Shown: piece by piece, positions 38,875-47,969 of the stretch
How positions within the stretch are numbered: the stretch's first letter is position 1
Layout: each line of letters begins with the position of its first letter
Origin: an uncultured bacterium
GTDB taxonomy: Bacteria > Hydrothermota > UBA3072 > B12-G15
Direction: 5' to 3'
Assembly (NCBI GenBank): GCA_964596115.1
Contig: CAZQRW010000003.1
Coordinates: forward strand, 5,883-69,882
DNA: 64,000 nucleotides
Program-made: the position numbers and the translations under genes
The notes under the pieces: model-generated
Told to the model about the DNA's origin: nothing
The model's database searches: none
Seen by the model: only the letters and a program-made list of their open reading frames with translations

Positions 38875-40204
38875 TGATATATCCCAGGACTATATTTTCG
38901 ATTTCTTTTAACCTTTCCGGGGTTTTTGCTTCGAAACGAGCCACAATGACAGGTTGAGTATTTGACGCCCTGACGAGTCCCCAACCATCTTTAAATTTAA
39001 TCCTTGCACCATCGATATCTATAACAGGAAAATTTTTGCTGAAATGATTCTTTACATCCTCGACAATTTTCCATTTTTTATTTTCACTTGTTTCTAATCT
39101 AATTTCAGGCGTAGAATAGTATGCTGGTATCTCAGAAAGCATCTCTGAGATAGTTTTATCTGAACGAGATAATATTTCGTAAAGTTTGGCTGAAGCAAAA
39201 ATCGCATCATCATAGCCATAATAGTCACCGGCACAAAAAATATGGCCACTCATTTCACCTGCAAGTGGAGCATTTAATTGTTTCATCTTTGCCTTAATGA
39301 GTGAATGGCCTGTTTTCCACATAACGGGTCTTCCACCGATTGATTCAATATACTCTTCGACTCCCTGTGAACATTTTACATCAAAAATGACATAGGAATT
39401 TGGAAATCTTTTGATAGCATATTTTGCGAAAATGGCAAGTATTTTATCGCCCCATACTATATTTCCCTTTTCGTCTATAACACCTATCCTGTCAGCATCC
39501 CCATCATATCCAACCCCAATATCTGCTTTATTCTCAATTACCTCCTGTTTTAAGGATTCCATATATTCAGGAATAGTTGGATCAGGGAGATGGGCGGGAA
39601 ATCTTCCATCTGGTTCACAGTTTATACACTCAATAGAAGCTCCAAGTTTATTAAATATTTTCTTCGCAATGATTCCCCCTGTTCCATTGCCAGGATCGAT
39701 TACAATTTTCAGTTTTTTTAAAGGATAAATAATGGATAAAACCTTACTTATATAATCTTCTGAGAAATCTTTCGTTGTTTTCTTACCTTTACCTTCAAGA
39801 AATTCCTTGTTTAATATCATTTTTTTTAATATTTGAATATCCTCTCCATAAAGTGTCCGTTCGCCTAACATAATTTTGAATCCATTGTATTCAATAGGAT
39901 TATGGCTACCAGTGATCATTATCCCGCCATTCAGGTTGAAATGTATAACAGAAAAGTATAATAGCGGTGTTGGAACCATTCCAATAGAAATAACGTTTAC
40001 ACCTGTTGACGTTATCCCATCACATAGTGCATCATTAAGCCTGGGGGAACTTAGTCTTGCGTCATAACCTACTGCAACCTCAAGACCTTTATTTTTTCTC
40101 ACGAGTGTGCCATATGCCCGCCCTAAACTAAACGTAAAGGCATCAGTTAATTCCGAATCAGCTATTCCTCTTATATCATACATTCTAAAAATAGTATCAA
40201 ACAT
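38852..40204 (-). CDS. phosphomannomutase/phosphoglucomutase
   Basis: 450 aa with the active-site Ser loop TGSHNP, the Mg-binding DGDADR, and sugar-binding loops. Confidence 0.85.
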   Translation of the reverse strand: MFDTIFRMYDIRGIADSELTDAFTFSLGRAYGTLVRKNKGLEVAVGYDARLSSPRLNDALCDGITSTGVNVISIGMVPTPLLYFSVIHFNLNGGIMITGSHNPIEYNGFKIMLGERTLYGEDIQILKKMILNKEFLEGKGKKTTKDFSEDYISKVLSIIYPLKKLKIVIDPGNGTGGIIAKKIFNKLGASIECINCEPDGRFPAHLPDPTIPEYMESLKQEVIENKADIGVGYDGDADRIGVIDEKGNIVWGDKILAIFAKYAIKRFPNSYVIFDVKCSQGVEEYIESIGGRPVMWKTGHSLIKAKMKQLNAPLAGEMSGHIFCAGDYYGYDDAIFASAKLYEILSRSDKTISEMLSEIPAYYSTPEIRLETSENKKWKIVEDVKNHFSKNFPVIDIDGARIKFKDGWGLVRASNTQPVIVARFEAKTPERLKEIENIVLGYINERKDQL

Positions 40205-40522
40205 TTTCTCCCCAGGTAAAAAAATACCTCAAACGTTAGTTTTACTATAATAATACTATCTTGTCTTCTCTATTTCAACATAATTATATATGAAGTTACA
40301 AAGTATGTCAATAACATATTAGATTATTGTTATTACTATTTATAGATGTCACATTAGAGAAGGTATAGAAAATGCAGAAGTGAGAAGTGGGAATGCGGAA
40401 GTCATAAAGACCGTGAGGCTTTTCTTTTTATCTTGACTTCTACCTTGCTGCTCTCTCTACTTTACTTCTACCTTCTCCTGTGTAACATTTTTTTATAATA
40501 ATCACACAAAATAAAATATTTC

Positions 40523-40550
40523 TTGACTTTGTATTAAGAATCTTTAAAAT
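40523..40550 (+). promoter_or_regulatory. sigma70-like promoter TTGACT-16-TAAAAT upstream of accB
   Basis: -35 at 40523-40528 and -10 at 40545-40550, then RBS GAGAGGTGAGT-ATG. Confidence 0.4.
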
Positions 40551-40564
40551 ATATACAAAGAGAG

Positions 40565-41029
40565 GTGAGTATGAAAATAGAATTTATACGAAGGCTTATT
40601 AAAGTTGTAGAGGAGAGTAATATAAATGAAATTGAAATTTCCAGATTTGGAACAAGGATAAAAATAAGTAAGAATGGCAGTGTGATTGAAACCGAGGTAG
40701 CCAAATCTCCTGGAAAACAAAAGAAAACTAAGGTGCAAGAAAATATTGAAGAGGTAAGGGAAGAGGAACGAAAAGAACAGAGAAACCTTACTCCAATAAA
40801 ATCCCCTATGGTGGGGACATTTTACAGGGCACCTGCACCGAATGCACCGCCTTTTGTTGAGGTTGGTGATATGGTTAAGCCAGGTCAAACAGTATGTATA
40901 ATAGAAGCCATGAAATTGATGAATGAAATTACTGCAGATATAGCTGGTAGGGTTGTTGAGATATTGGTCAAGAATGAAGAGCCTGTAGAGTACGGTCAAG
41001 AATTATTCCTAATTGAACCTGTTTCATAA
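40565..41029 (+). CDS. accB: acetyl-CoA carboxylase biotin carboxyl carrier protein
   Basis: 154 aa with the biotinyl-lysine motif IEAMKLMNEI and a Pro/Ala-rich linker. Confidence 0.9.
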   Translation: MSMKIEFIRRLIKVVEESNINEIEISRFGTRIKISKNGSVIETEVAKSPGKQKKTKVQENIEEVREEERKEQRNLTPIKSPMVGTFYRAPAPNAPPFVEVGDMVKPGQTVCIIEAMKLMNEITADIAGRVVEILVKNEEPVEYGQELFLIEPVS

Positions 41030-41040
41030 GGAGGAATACC

Positions 41041-42126
41041 ATGGAACTAAAAAATCTCCTTGCAAAAATGATAAAGTTGGAGGCTTCAGACTTACATCTA
41101 AAGGTTGGTAGTCCTCCTGTAATGAGAATAAATGGTAGCCTTACTGCACTTAATATGGAGCCTTTGTCTAATGATGATTTAAGGAAAGCCGCTGCCTCAT
41201 TGATGACAAAGGAACAGCAGGAAAAATTTTCAAAACAGAAAGAGGCAGATTTTGCTATTGGGTTAAAGGGTCTTGCAAGATTCAGAGTAAATATATACGT
41301 TCAGAGAGGGAGTATTGCAATCGCAATGAGGATAATACCTCACCAGATAAAAACAATTGAAGAATTGAATCTCCCAGGTGTATTGAGAGATTTTTCAATG
41401 AGACCGAGGGGTCTTGTTCTCGCAACTGGTACAACAGGTTCTGGAAAATCAACAACACTTGCAGCAATGATAGAACATATTAATTTGAATGTGAATAAAC
41501 ATATTATAACAGTTGAGGATCCTATTGAATATCTTTTTAAGGATAAAAAATCTATTATTTCTCAAAGAGAGGTCGGAAGTGATACAAACTCTTTTGGCAA
41601 TTCCCTTCGCTATATTCTAAGACAAGATCCTGACGTTATAATGATCGGTGAAATCAGGGATGTTGAAACAATGGATATTGCTCTAAAGGCTGCTGATACA
41701 GGTCATCTTGTATTTTCTACGCTTCATACACTAAATGCTGCTGAGACAATAAACAGAATAATAAGTTTTTATCCACCCTATCAACAGCAACATATAAGAG
41801 TGCTTCTTTCAGCTACCCTTGTTGGCGTTATATCACTCAGACTTCTTCCAACTAAAGATGGCAAGGGAAGAATGCCTGCAACTGAGATACTTGTTGCAAC
41901 ACCCCTGATAAGGGAATACCTTCTGGATGAAGTTAAGACATTAAAAATTCCAGACGCAATTGTAGAGGGTGACCAGTATGGTATGCATTCTTTTGACCAG
42001 TCTATCATGGAGTATTATAAACGTGGTGTAATCGATTTAGAAACTGCCATTGAAAATGTAACAAATCCTGATGAATTTAAGATGAAATTAAAGGGTATAG
42101 AAACGATGCAAGCGGGGTGGGGATAG
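41041..42126 (+). CDS. pilT: type IV pilus twitching-motility ATPase PilT family
   Basis: 361 aa. Walker A GTTGSGKSTT, Asp box HIITVEDPIEY, Walker B/His box VIMIGEIRD, and a PilT N-terminal domain. Confidence 0.9.
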   Translation: MELKNLLAKMIKLEASDLHLKVGSPPVMRINGSLTALNMEPLSNDDLRKAAASLMTKEQQEKFSKQKEADFAIGLKGLARFRVNIYVQRGSIAIAMRIIPHQIKTIEELNLPGVLRDFSMRPRGLVLATGTTGSGKSTTLAAMIEHINLNVNKHIITVEDPIEYLFKDKKSIISQREVGSDTNSFGNSLRYILRQDPDVIMIGEIRDVETMDIALKAADTGHLVFSTLHTLNAAETINRIISFYPPYQQQHIRVLLSATLVGVISLRLLPTKDGKGRMPATEILVATPLIREYLLDEVKTLKIPDAIVEGDQYGMHSFDQSIMEYYKRGVIDLETAIENVTNPDEFKMKLKGIETMQAGWG

Positions 42127-43472
42127 AATTAATGATAAAGAAACTTCTTGTTGCAAATAGAGGAGAGATTGCTGTTAGAATTATAAGAGCAGCCAAAGAG
42201 CTCGGAATTGCCACTGTCGCCGTATTTTCCGAAGGCGACGAAAATGCCCTACATGTATATCTCGCAGATGAGTCCATCAGAATCGGCCCAGCTCAACCAG
42301 CCAGGAGTTATCTAAATATACCAATGATTATTGCAGCTGCAGAAGTAACAGGTGCAGATGCTATTCATCCCGGGTACGGTTTCCTTGCAGAAAACCCTGT
42401 ATTTGCTGATACTTGTATTACAAGTGGTTTTATTTTTGTTGGACCATCTCCTGCATCAATTTCAAAGATGGGAGATAAGTCAGAGGCGAAACGAACTATG
42501 AAAAATGCAGGTGTACCTGTTATTCCAGGTAGTGATGGTCCAGTATTAAAAGTAGAAAAAGCCCTTGAGATAGCTGATTCTACGGGATATCCAGTAATCA
42601 TTAAAGCTGTAAGTGGGGGAGGAGGTAGGGGTATGAGAATTGCACGAGATGCAAAGGAGTTATCTTCTTCCTTCAGAATGGCTATGTCGGAAGCAGAGGC
42701 ATCTTTCGGTGATGGAAGACTCTATATTGAAAAATATATTGAAAATCCCAGGCATATTGAGGTACAAATTTTAGGAGATAAAGATGGGAATATCATTCAT
42801 TTAGGCGAGAGAGAGTGTTCTATTCAAAGAAGACACCAAAAGCTACTGGAAGAGTCACCCTCTACGATTGTTACGCCAGAGACGAGGAAGAAAATGGGTA
42901 ACATAGCGATACAGGGAGCGAAATCTATAGGTTATTATTCAGCTGGAACTATGGAATTTATTATGGATAAAAAGAAAAAATTTTATTTTATGGAAATGAA
43001 TACAAGGATTCAAGTTGAACACCCTGTTACTGAACTGGTTACAGGAATCGATATTGTGAAGGAGCAAATTAAGATTGCGATGGGAGAGAAGATTACTTAT
43101 AGACAGAAAGACGTAAAATTTAATGGTCATTCAATAGAGGTTAGGATTAACGCAGAAAACCCTTCGTCTGGTTTTGTACCTAGCGTTGGTAAAATAGAAA
43201 ATCTGCATATTCCAGGTGGACCTGGAATCAGGGTGGATACCCATATTTATCAGGGATATCAAATCCCTTCATTTTATGACTCTCTTTTAATGAAATTAGT
43301 TTCGTATGGTATTGATAGAAATGAATCAATCAATCGAATGAGAAGGGCTTTAAATGAGATTATAATTGAAGGTGTTGATACTACTATACCACTTCACAAA
43401 AAGATAATTGATAGTGAGGGTTTTCAAAAAGGAGAAATAGATACTGAATATATCAAGAAATTGGGATATTAA
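42117..43472 (+). CDS. accC: acetyl-CoA carboxylase biotin carboxylase subunit
   Basis: 451 aa ATP-grasp protein (KKLLVANRGEIAVRIIRAAKELGI...), with biotin carboxylase C-terminal motifs. Confidence 0.95.
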   Translation: MGIELMIKKLLVANRGEIAVRIIRAAKELGIATVAVFSEGDENALHVYLADESIRIGPAQPARSYLNIPMIIAAAEVTGADAIHPGYGFLAENPVFADTCITSGFIFVGPSPASISKMGDKSEAKRTMKNAGVPVIPGSDGPVLKVEKALEIADSTGYPVIIKAVSGGGGRGMRIARDAKELSSSFRMAMSEAEASFGDGRLYIEKYIENPRHIEVQILGDKDGNIIHLGERECSIQRRHQKLLEESPSTIVTPETRKKMGNIAIQGAKSIGYYSAGTMEFIMDKKKKFYFMEMNTRIQVEHPVTELVTGIDIVKEQIKIAMGEKITYRQKDVKFNGHSIEVRINAENPSSGFVPSVGKIENLHIPGGPGIRVDTHIYQGYQIPSFYDSLLMKLVSYGIDRNESINRMRRALNEIIIEGVDTTIPLHKKIIDSEGFQKGEIDTEYIKKLGY

Positions 43473-43473
43473 G

Positions 43474-44076
43474 ATTATTGGGATTACTGATAGGAAATAT
43501 CTTGGAGAAAACATAGAGAAAGGTGTAGAACTCGCCCTTAAGGGTGGAATAAAAGCTATCCAATACAGGGAGAAAGAGATGGATGATAGATATAAATACA
43601 AAAAGGCTTTGGTGTTAAGAGAATTATGTGATAATTATGGTGCTATCTTAATTGTAAATGACAGGCCTGATATAGCAATTCTCTCCCATTCACATGGTGT
43701 TCATCTTGGGCAGAGTGATTTACCTGTTGATAAAGTGAGAGGAATATTCCAGGGTTTAATTGGGGTTAGTGTTGGGAATAAAAAAGAAGCGGAAGAGGCT
43801 GAGGTAAAGGGTGCAGATTATTTAGGGTTAGGAGCGTTTTATCATAGTAATACAAAACAAGATATAGCAGAGGTAGAGGATAAGGTTGTTAAAGAAATAA
43901 AAAAAAGTGTGAAAATCCCTGTCATTGCCATTGGGGGCATCAATATTAGTAATGTTAGAGCTGTAATGAAGAAGGGTGTGGATGGGATTGCTCTTAGTGA
44001 AGGATTATTTACAGGAGATATTTTTGTAAATGCCTCAAGATTGGTTGATTTGGTAAATAAATATGTCTCTCATTAA
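43474..44076 (+). CDS. thiE: thiamine-phosphate synthase (start codon uncertain)
   Basis: ThiE motifs ALKGGIKAIQYREKE, LIVNDRPDIA, HLGQSDLP, IAIGGIN. The conserved N-terminal ~35 aa lie upstream of the first ATG (43579) with no canonical start in frame. Initiation is probably at ATT (43474/43477), abutting the accC stop. Confidence 0.7.
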   Translation: MIGITDRKYLGENIEKGVELALKGGIKAIQYREKEMDDRYKYKKALVLRELCDNYGAILIVNDRPDIAILSHSHGVHLGQSDLPVDKVRGIFQGLIGVSVGNKKEAEEAEVKGADYLGLGAFYHSNTKQDIAEVEDKVVKEIKKSVKIPVIAIGGINISNVRAVMKKGVDGIALSEGLFTGDIFVNASRLVDLVNKYVSH

Positions 44077-44659
44077 GTACGCGTCAAAAGAAATTACATG
44101 TAAAATTGTATACTACGGGCCGGGTAGAGCTGGTAAGACTACAAATTTAAAATTTCTATTTACGAAGATTCCTGTGGATAAAAAAAGCGACCTCGTATCC
44201 CTTGCAACTGAATCAGATAGAACACTATTTTTTGATTTTTTACCCATAGAACTTGGTAATTTTCGTGGTTTCAGAACGAGATTTCAGCTTTATACAGTTC
44301 CTGGCCAGGTATATTACGATTCGACAAGAAGACTTGTACTTCAGGGTGCAGATGGCATTGTTTTCGTTGCCGATTCTTCAGATTCAAGATTTGAGGATAA
44401 TATCGTTAGTATGGAAAATATGATTGAAAATATGGAAAAAAACGGATTGTCAGTGGATGAAGTCCCGATTGTTATACAATACAATAAAAGAGATTTACCC
44501 GATGTAGTTTCGGTATCACAACTTGAAAAGTCATTGAATCCAAACGGATTTAAGTATTTTGAGTCAATAGCAATTAAAGGTGAAGGCGTAGCATCCACAT
44601 TCAAAGAAATTGGGATGCAGGTTTTAAAATCAATAAAAATGAAATTGGGGCTTGAATGA
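44063..44659 (+). CDS. mglA: MglA-type Ras-like small GTPase (gliding/polarity regulator)
   Basis: 198 aa, near-colinear with Myxococcus MglA. P-loop KIVYYGPGRAGKTTN, switch TESDRTLFFDFLP, YTVPGQVYYDS, and NKRDL for guanine specificity. Confidence 0.85.
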   Translation: MSLIKYASKEITCKIVYYGPGRAGKTTNLKFLFTKIPVDKKSDLVSLATESDRTLFFDFLPIELGNFRGFRTRFQLYTVPGQVYYDSTRRLVLQGADGIVFVADSSDSRFEDNIVSMENMIENMEKNGLSVDEVPIVIQYNKRDLPDVVSVSQLEKSLNPNGFKYFESIAIKGEGVASTFKEIGMQVLKSIKMKLGLE

Positions 44660-46371
44660 TCATTTCGAATTTTAATAAGGAAGCAGCAAAGGCAATTCAG
44701 TTTGCCTGTGAAAGAAAAAGTGAATATAATCCTATATACATATATGGCCAAAGGGGTAGTGGTAAGACTGAGATAATTAAAGAGATATTCAATAAATTTA
44801 AAGGCAAAAAAATGATTTTGACTCCTTCGGAATTCTGTGAAAAAAGCATTGAGGATATTAATAGAAATGATCTGCTTATTATTGAGGATATTGGTTTAAT
44901 AAGACCCAATAAAGAGAACGAAAAAAAACTTATTTCCTTGATGAATAAATTTTTTGAAGAAGGTAGACAGATCGTATTAACGGGTGTATATGAGCCTGAT
45001 AAGCTTCCTTTTAATGAAGAGATCGTGAACAAAATAAAAAGGGGTATAACCCTGAAGATATACCCACTTGATGACGAAGATAAAAAATTATTATTTAGAA
45101 ATTATGCCCCAGATTTAGATGAAGGTATGCAGCAGAACATTCTTAAAAGCGAGGTTTCAACTGTCAAGGAATTTTTTGGATATCTCAATAATATCAGGAC
45201 TTATAAGAAGAAAGAAGGGGAGAAACCACTTACGCAATCCAATGTATTTAAGGAATTTATAAAAGAGATTGAAAATGATATGCCAGAAACCCTCAAGAAG
45301 GGTTCAGTAGAGGAAGAGCTGAGGGAAGAGTATAGAGCCAAATTGTATGTTTGGAAAATGAAGGGTTTTCGATGTGATAGAGTTGAATCAGTAATTGATG
45401 GTAATATTGAGGATATAACCAGGGAGTTTGTAACATTTACAACAAATGTGCAGAGGTTGATTGAGTTACAGAGAAGGTATGGAAGTATTGATCAATCTAT
45501 TATTCCGAAAGAAGAAAAAAGCCAGATAGAGGAGCGTCTTTTTAACCCTGAAGACATTCCCGAACTGGAAGAGACAATAGCACGATATGAATTGCTTTCA
45601 GAAATAAGAAGGAATGTTGCCAAATATATTAATTGGGATAAATCTTTTGATGATTATGTGGTTAGTGAACCCAATAAAGAGGCATACGATTTTGTAATTG
45701 ACATCATAGATAATCCACGACAGAAGGGGGTATACTTAATTGAGGGTTGTATGGGCTGTGGAAAAACAGAGATTGTAAACCTTCTTGCACAGGGGCTTTT
45801 CAAAATGTATCCTGATGTTACCTTTTTGTTTTACAAATTTGAATATTTGATTTCAAGAGATTATCCGGAGTATATTAGCGAAAACATTGATGTGATACTT
45901 ATAGATGATGTTGATATGTTTATAAATAAATCTGGGTGGGAGAAATTTGAATCTATTATCAATAGATGTAGTAATAGGTTGTGTATCTTTACTCTTACAA
46001 AGTATCCCAGAGCTGAAAAATTTAATGAATATGTTGATAACTCACGTATAGTTAAGATCCGCAAACCAGATAGACGCATTCTAAAAAAAATGTTAGAGGA
46101 CGTTGAAAATATCAAAGGAATTGATTTAACGCTCGAGACAGAAAAAGACATATTGGATAAAGCAAAAGGTGGATTTTATGACCTTGAGGCACTGGTATCT
46201 TTACAACTAAGTAAGGGGTTGAGTAGGGAAGAGACGACGGATTTAAGAGAAAAATCTATAAAAAACAGACCCGAAGCAATAGATAAACTCAAAAGGAGGG
46301 GGCATGAATTGATAGATGGCATAGCGCAGGAGTTTCAGGACGATGATTTCAGATTGGGTAAGGAGATATAA
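44656..46371 (+). CDS. protein with two tandem DnaA/Hda-like AAA+ modules
   Basis: 571 aa. Module 1: YNPIYIYGQRGSGKTEI (Walker A), LLIIEDIG (Walker B), GRQIVLTGVYEPDKLPF..IKRGITLKIYPLDDEDK (sensor/box VII-like region as in DnaA domain III/Hda). Module 2: GVYLIEGCMGCGKTEI, VILIDDVDMF, NRLCIFTLTKYP...IVKIRKPDRR. Neither module has a DnaA domain I or IV. Confidence 0.6.
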   Translation: MIISNFNKEAAKAIQFACERKSEYNPIYIYGQRGSGKTEIIKEIFNKFKGKKMILTPSEFCEKSIEDINRNDLLIIEDIGLIRPNKENEKKLISLMNKFFEEGRQIVLTGVYEPDKLPFNEEIVNKIKRGITLKIYPLDDEDKKLLFRNYAPDLDEGMQQNILKSEVSTVKEFFGYLNNIRTYKKKEGEKPLTQSNVFKEFIKEIENDMPETLKKGSVEEELREEYRAKLYVWKMKGFRCDRVESVIDGNIEDITREFVTFTTNVQRLIELQRRYGSIDQSIIPKEEKSQIEERLFNPEDIPELEETIARYELLSEIRRNVAKYINWDKSFDDYVVSEPNKEAYDFVIDIIDNPRQKGVYLIEGCMGCGKTEIVNLLAQGLFKMYPDVTFLFYKFEYLISRDYPEYISENIDVILIDDVDMFINKSGWEKFESIINRCSNRLCIFTLTKYPRAEKFNEYVDNSRIVKIRKPDRRILKKMLEDVENIKGIDLTLETEKDILDKAKGGFYDLEALVSLQLSKGLSREETTDLREKSIKNRPEAIDKLKRRGHELIDGIAQEFQDDDFRLGKEI

Positions 46372-47969
46372 TGGCAATAAAAGGATCACTTAGAGAAGCA
46401 TCCTTACCTGATGTGGTACAGATGCTGGCTTTAGGAAGAAAAACTGGTATTCTGAGTGTTACCAATGGTGAAATGCTTGCACATATTTACTTTGAAGAAG
46501 GCAAATTAACAGGGGCTGATATTGTCAATAGGGAAAATAAAGTAGGGGAGCTGCTGGTAAAGGCTGGTAAGATAACCCCTGAACAGCTTGACAGTGCACT
46601 GGAGAAACAAAAAAGTAGACGAGGTGTACCCATTGGGGAGATATTATATGAAATGGGGTTAATTGATGAGAAGACTCTTCAGGACGCATTAATAGGACAG
46701 ATGAAAGAGACACTTTTTAATTTATTTTCCTGGAAAGACGGTCTTTTTAATTTCGAACCAGGCGAAAGTAAGGTTAAGAAAATAATTTCTATCAGCATAA
46801 AGGCAGAAGACTTACTTCTTGAAGCAGCAAGGCTCGCAGACGAGATTGGTGTTGTGGACCTACCTCCAGCAGATAGTATTCTTCAGAAGATGGGCGGTGT
46901 AAATATTGAAGAACTCGATGAATTTGAAAGACAAGTATTTGAAGTCATTGATAATAAAAAAACAATGGAAGAAATCCTTTCCTCTATAAGTATGGATGAA
47001 TTTGAGACGATGAAAGCAATTGGAAGATTAAAAAAGAAAGGTGTTATTACATCACGCAAGTTTACCAATATTGCGCCTGAGAAGGCGGCTTCAAAAATTG
47101 CTGAACATGAGAATCTTGGATTGGCGTTTCTACAGATGCATATGTATGAAGAAGCTGAGAGAGAATTCAAGAGGATTTTAGATTTTCGTCCCGATGATTA
47201 CAGGGCAATGTTTTATCTTTCAATTATAAGGTATAAATTAGAAGATTACAAGGAAGCGGCAAGTCTTATAGAAAAAATTAAAGATAGTCAATTTGAACAT
47301 CCATATATTTACTCTAACCTTGCAGTTTATTATGAAAAACTTAACGATTTAAACAAGGCATTAACTTTAGTTGATCACGGGCTTCAGAGATGGAATTCAA
47401 ATTTAGAACTTTTGTTAAATAGAGGTATAATTTTGATGAAAATGGGTCGATACGATGATGCTATCAATGCATTTAACAATCTTTTGAAGGTTAATAATGA
47501 AAATACATATGCATATTTTTTTATAGCTCTAATAAATATACTCCAAAATAAGATTGAGCATGCATTAAATTTTTTACTTGATGGATTACGCTACAAACCA
47601 AAGTTTCCTGAGTACTATAATAATATTGCCCGTGTATACGAAGAAACTGCTGAGTTTGAAAAAGCAGAGGAGATGTATAAAAGGGGACTCGAAATAGATC
47701 CTGCGTATCAACTTATCCGACTTAATCTTGCTAATTTCTATTATAAAAATGGTTACTATTCATTAGCAGAGGAAGAATATCTTAAGCTTATTTCATCTGA
47801 TTATAAAAATGGGGATATATTTGCGAAACTTGGGAATATTTATTTTAAAAAGGGAAACAAAAAAGAGGCACTGCTTTATTGGGAAGAATCGCTTAAATTC
47901 AATCCAGATGATTTGACTGTATTAAAGAATATAAAAATTGTAAAACAGGATTATGGATTGGGCATTTGA
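46371..47969 (+). CDS. PATAN (DUF4388) domain protein with C-terminal TPR repeats
   Basis: 532 aa. The N-terminus GSLREASLPDVVQMLALGRKTGILSVTNGEMLAHIYFEEGKLTGADI has an alpha-helical insert (GELLVKAGKITPEQLDSALEKQ...GEILYEMGLIDEKTLQDAL) typical of PATAN. Then at least 6 TPR-like repeats. Confidence 0.65.
   Translation: MAIKGSLREASLPDVVQMLALGRKTGILSVTNGEMLAHIYFEEGKLTGADIVNRENKVGELLVKAGKITPEQLDSALEKQKSRRGVPIGEILYEMGLIDEKTLQDALIGQMKETLFNLFSWKDGLFNFEPGESKVKKIISISIKAEDLLLEAARLADEIGVVDLPPADSILQKMGGVNIEELDEFERQVFEVIDNKKTMEEILSSISMDEFETMKAIGRLKKKGVITSRKFTNIAPEKAASKIAEHENLGLAFLQMHMYEEAEREFKRILDFRPDDYRAMFYLSIIRYKLEDYKEAASLIEKIKDSQFEHPYIYSNLAVYYEKLNDLNKALTLVDHGLQRWNSNLELLLNRGIILMKMGRYDDAINAFNNLLKVNNENTYAYFFIALINILQNKIEHALNFLLDGLRYKPKFPEYYNNIARVYEETAEFEKAEEMYKRGLEIDPAYQLIRLNLANFYYKNGYYSLAEEEYLKLISSDYKNGDIFAKLGNIYFKKGNKKEALLYWEESLKFNPDDLTVLKNIKIVKQDYGLGI

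Noticed and set aside
40370-40480. Possible hairpin or ncRNA (ggaagtca ... tgacttc with a 33-nt T-rich loop) in the accB upstream region
   Set aside because: The stem is only 7 bp with a long loop, and complementarity between the purine-rich and pyrimidine-rich arms is imperfect. It is left as part of the regulatory-region observation rather than a called RNA.
40544-40999. 151-aa minus-strand ORF antisense to accB
   Set aside because: No motifs and a Cys/Phe/Tyr-rich odd composition. accB on the plus strand has the biotinylation motif and an SD.
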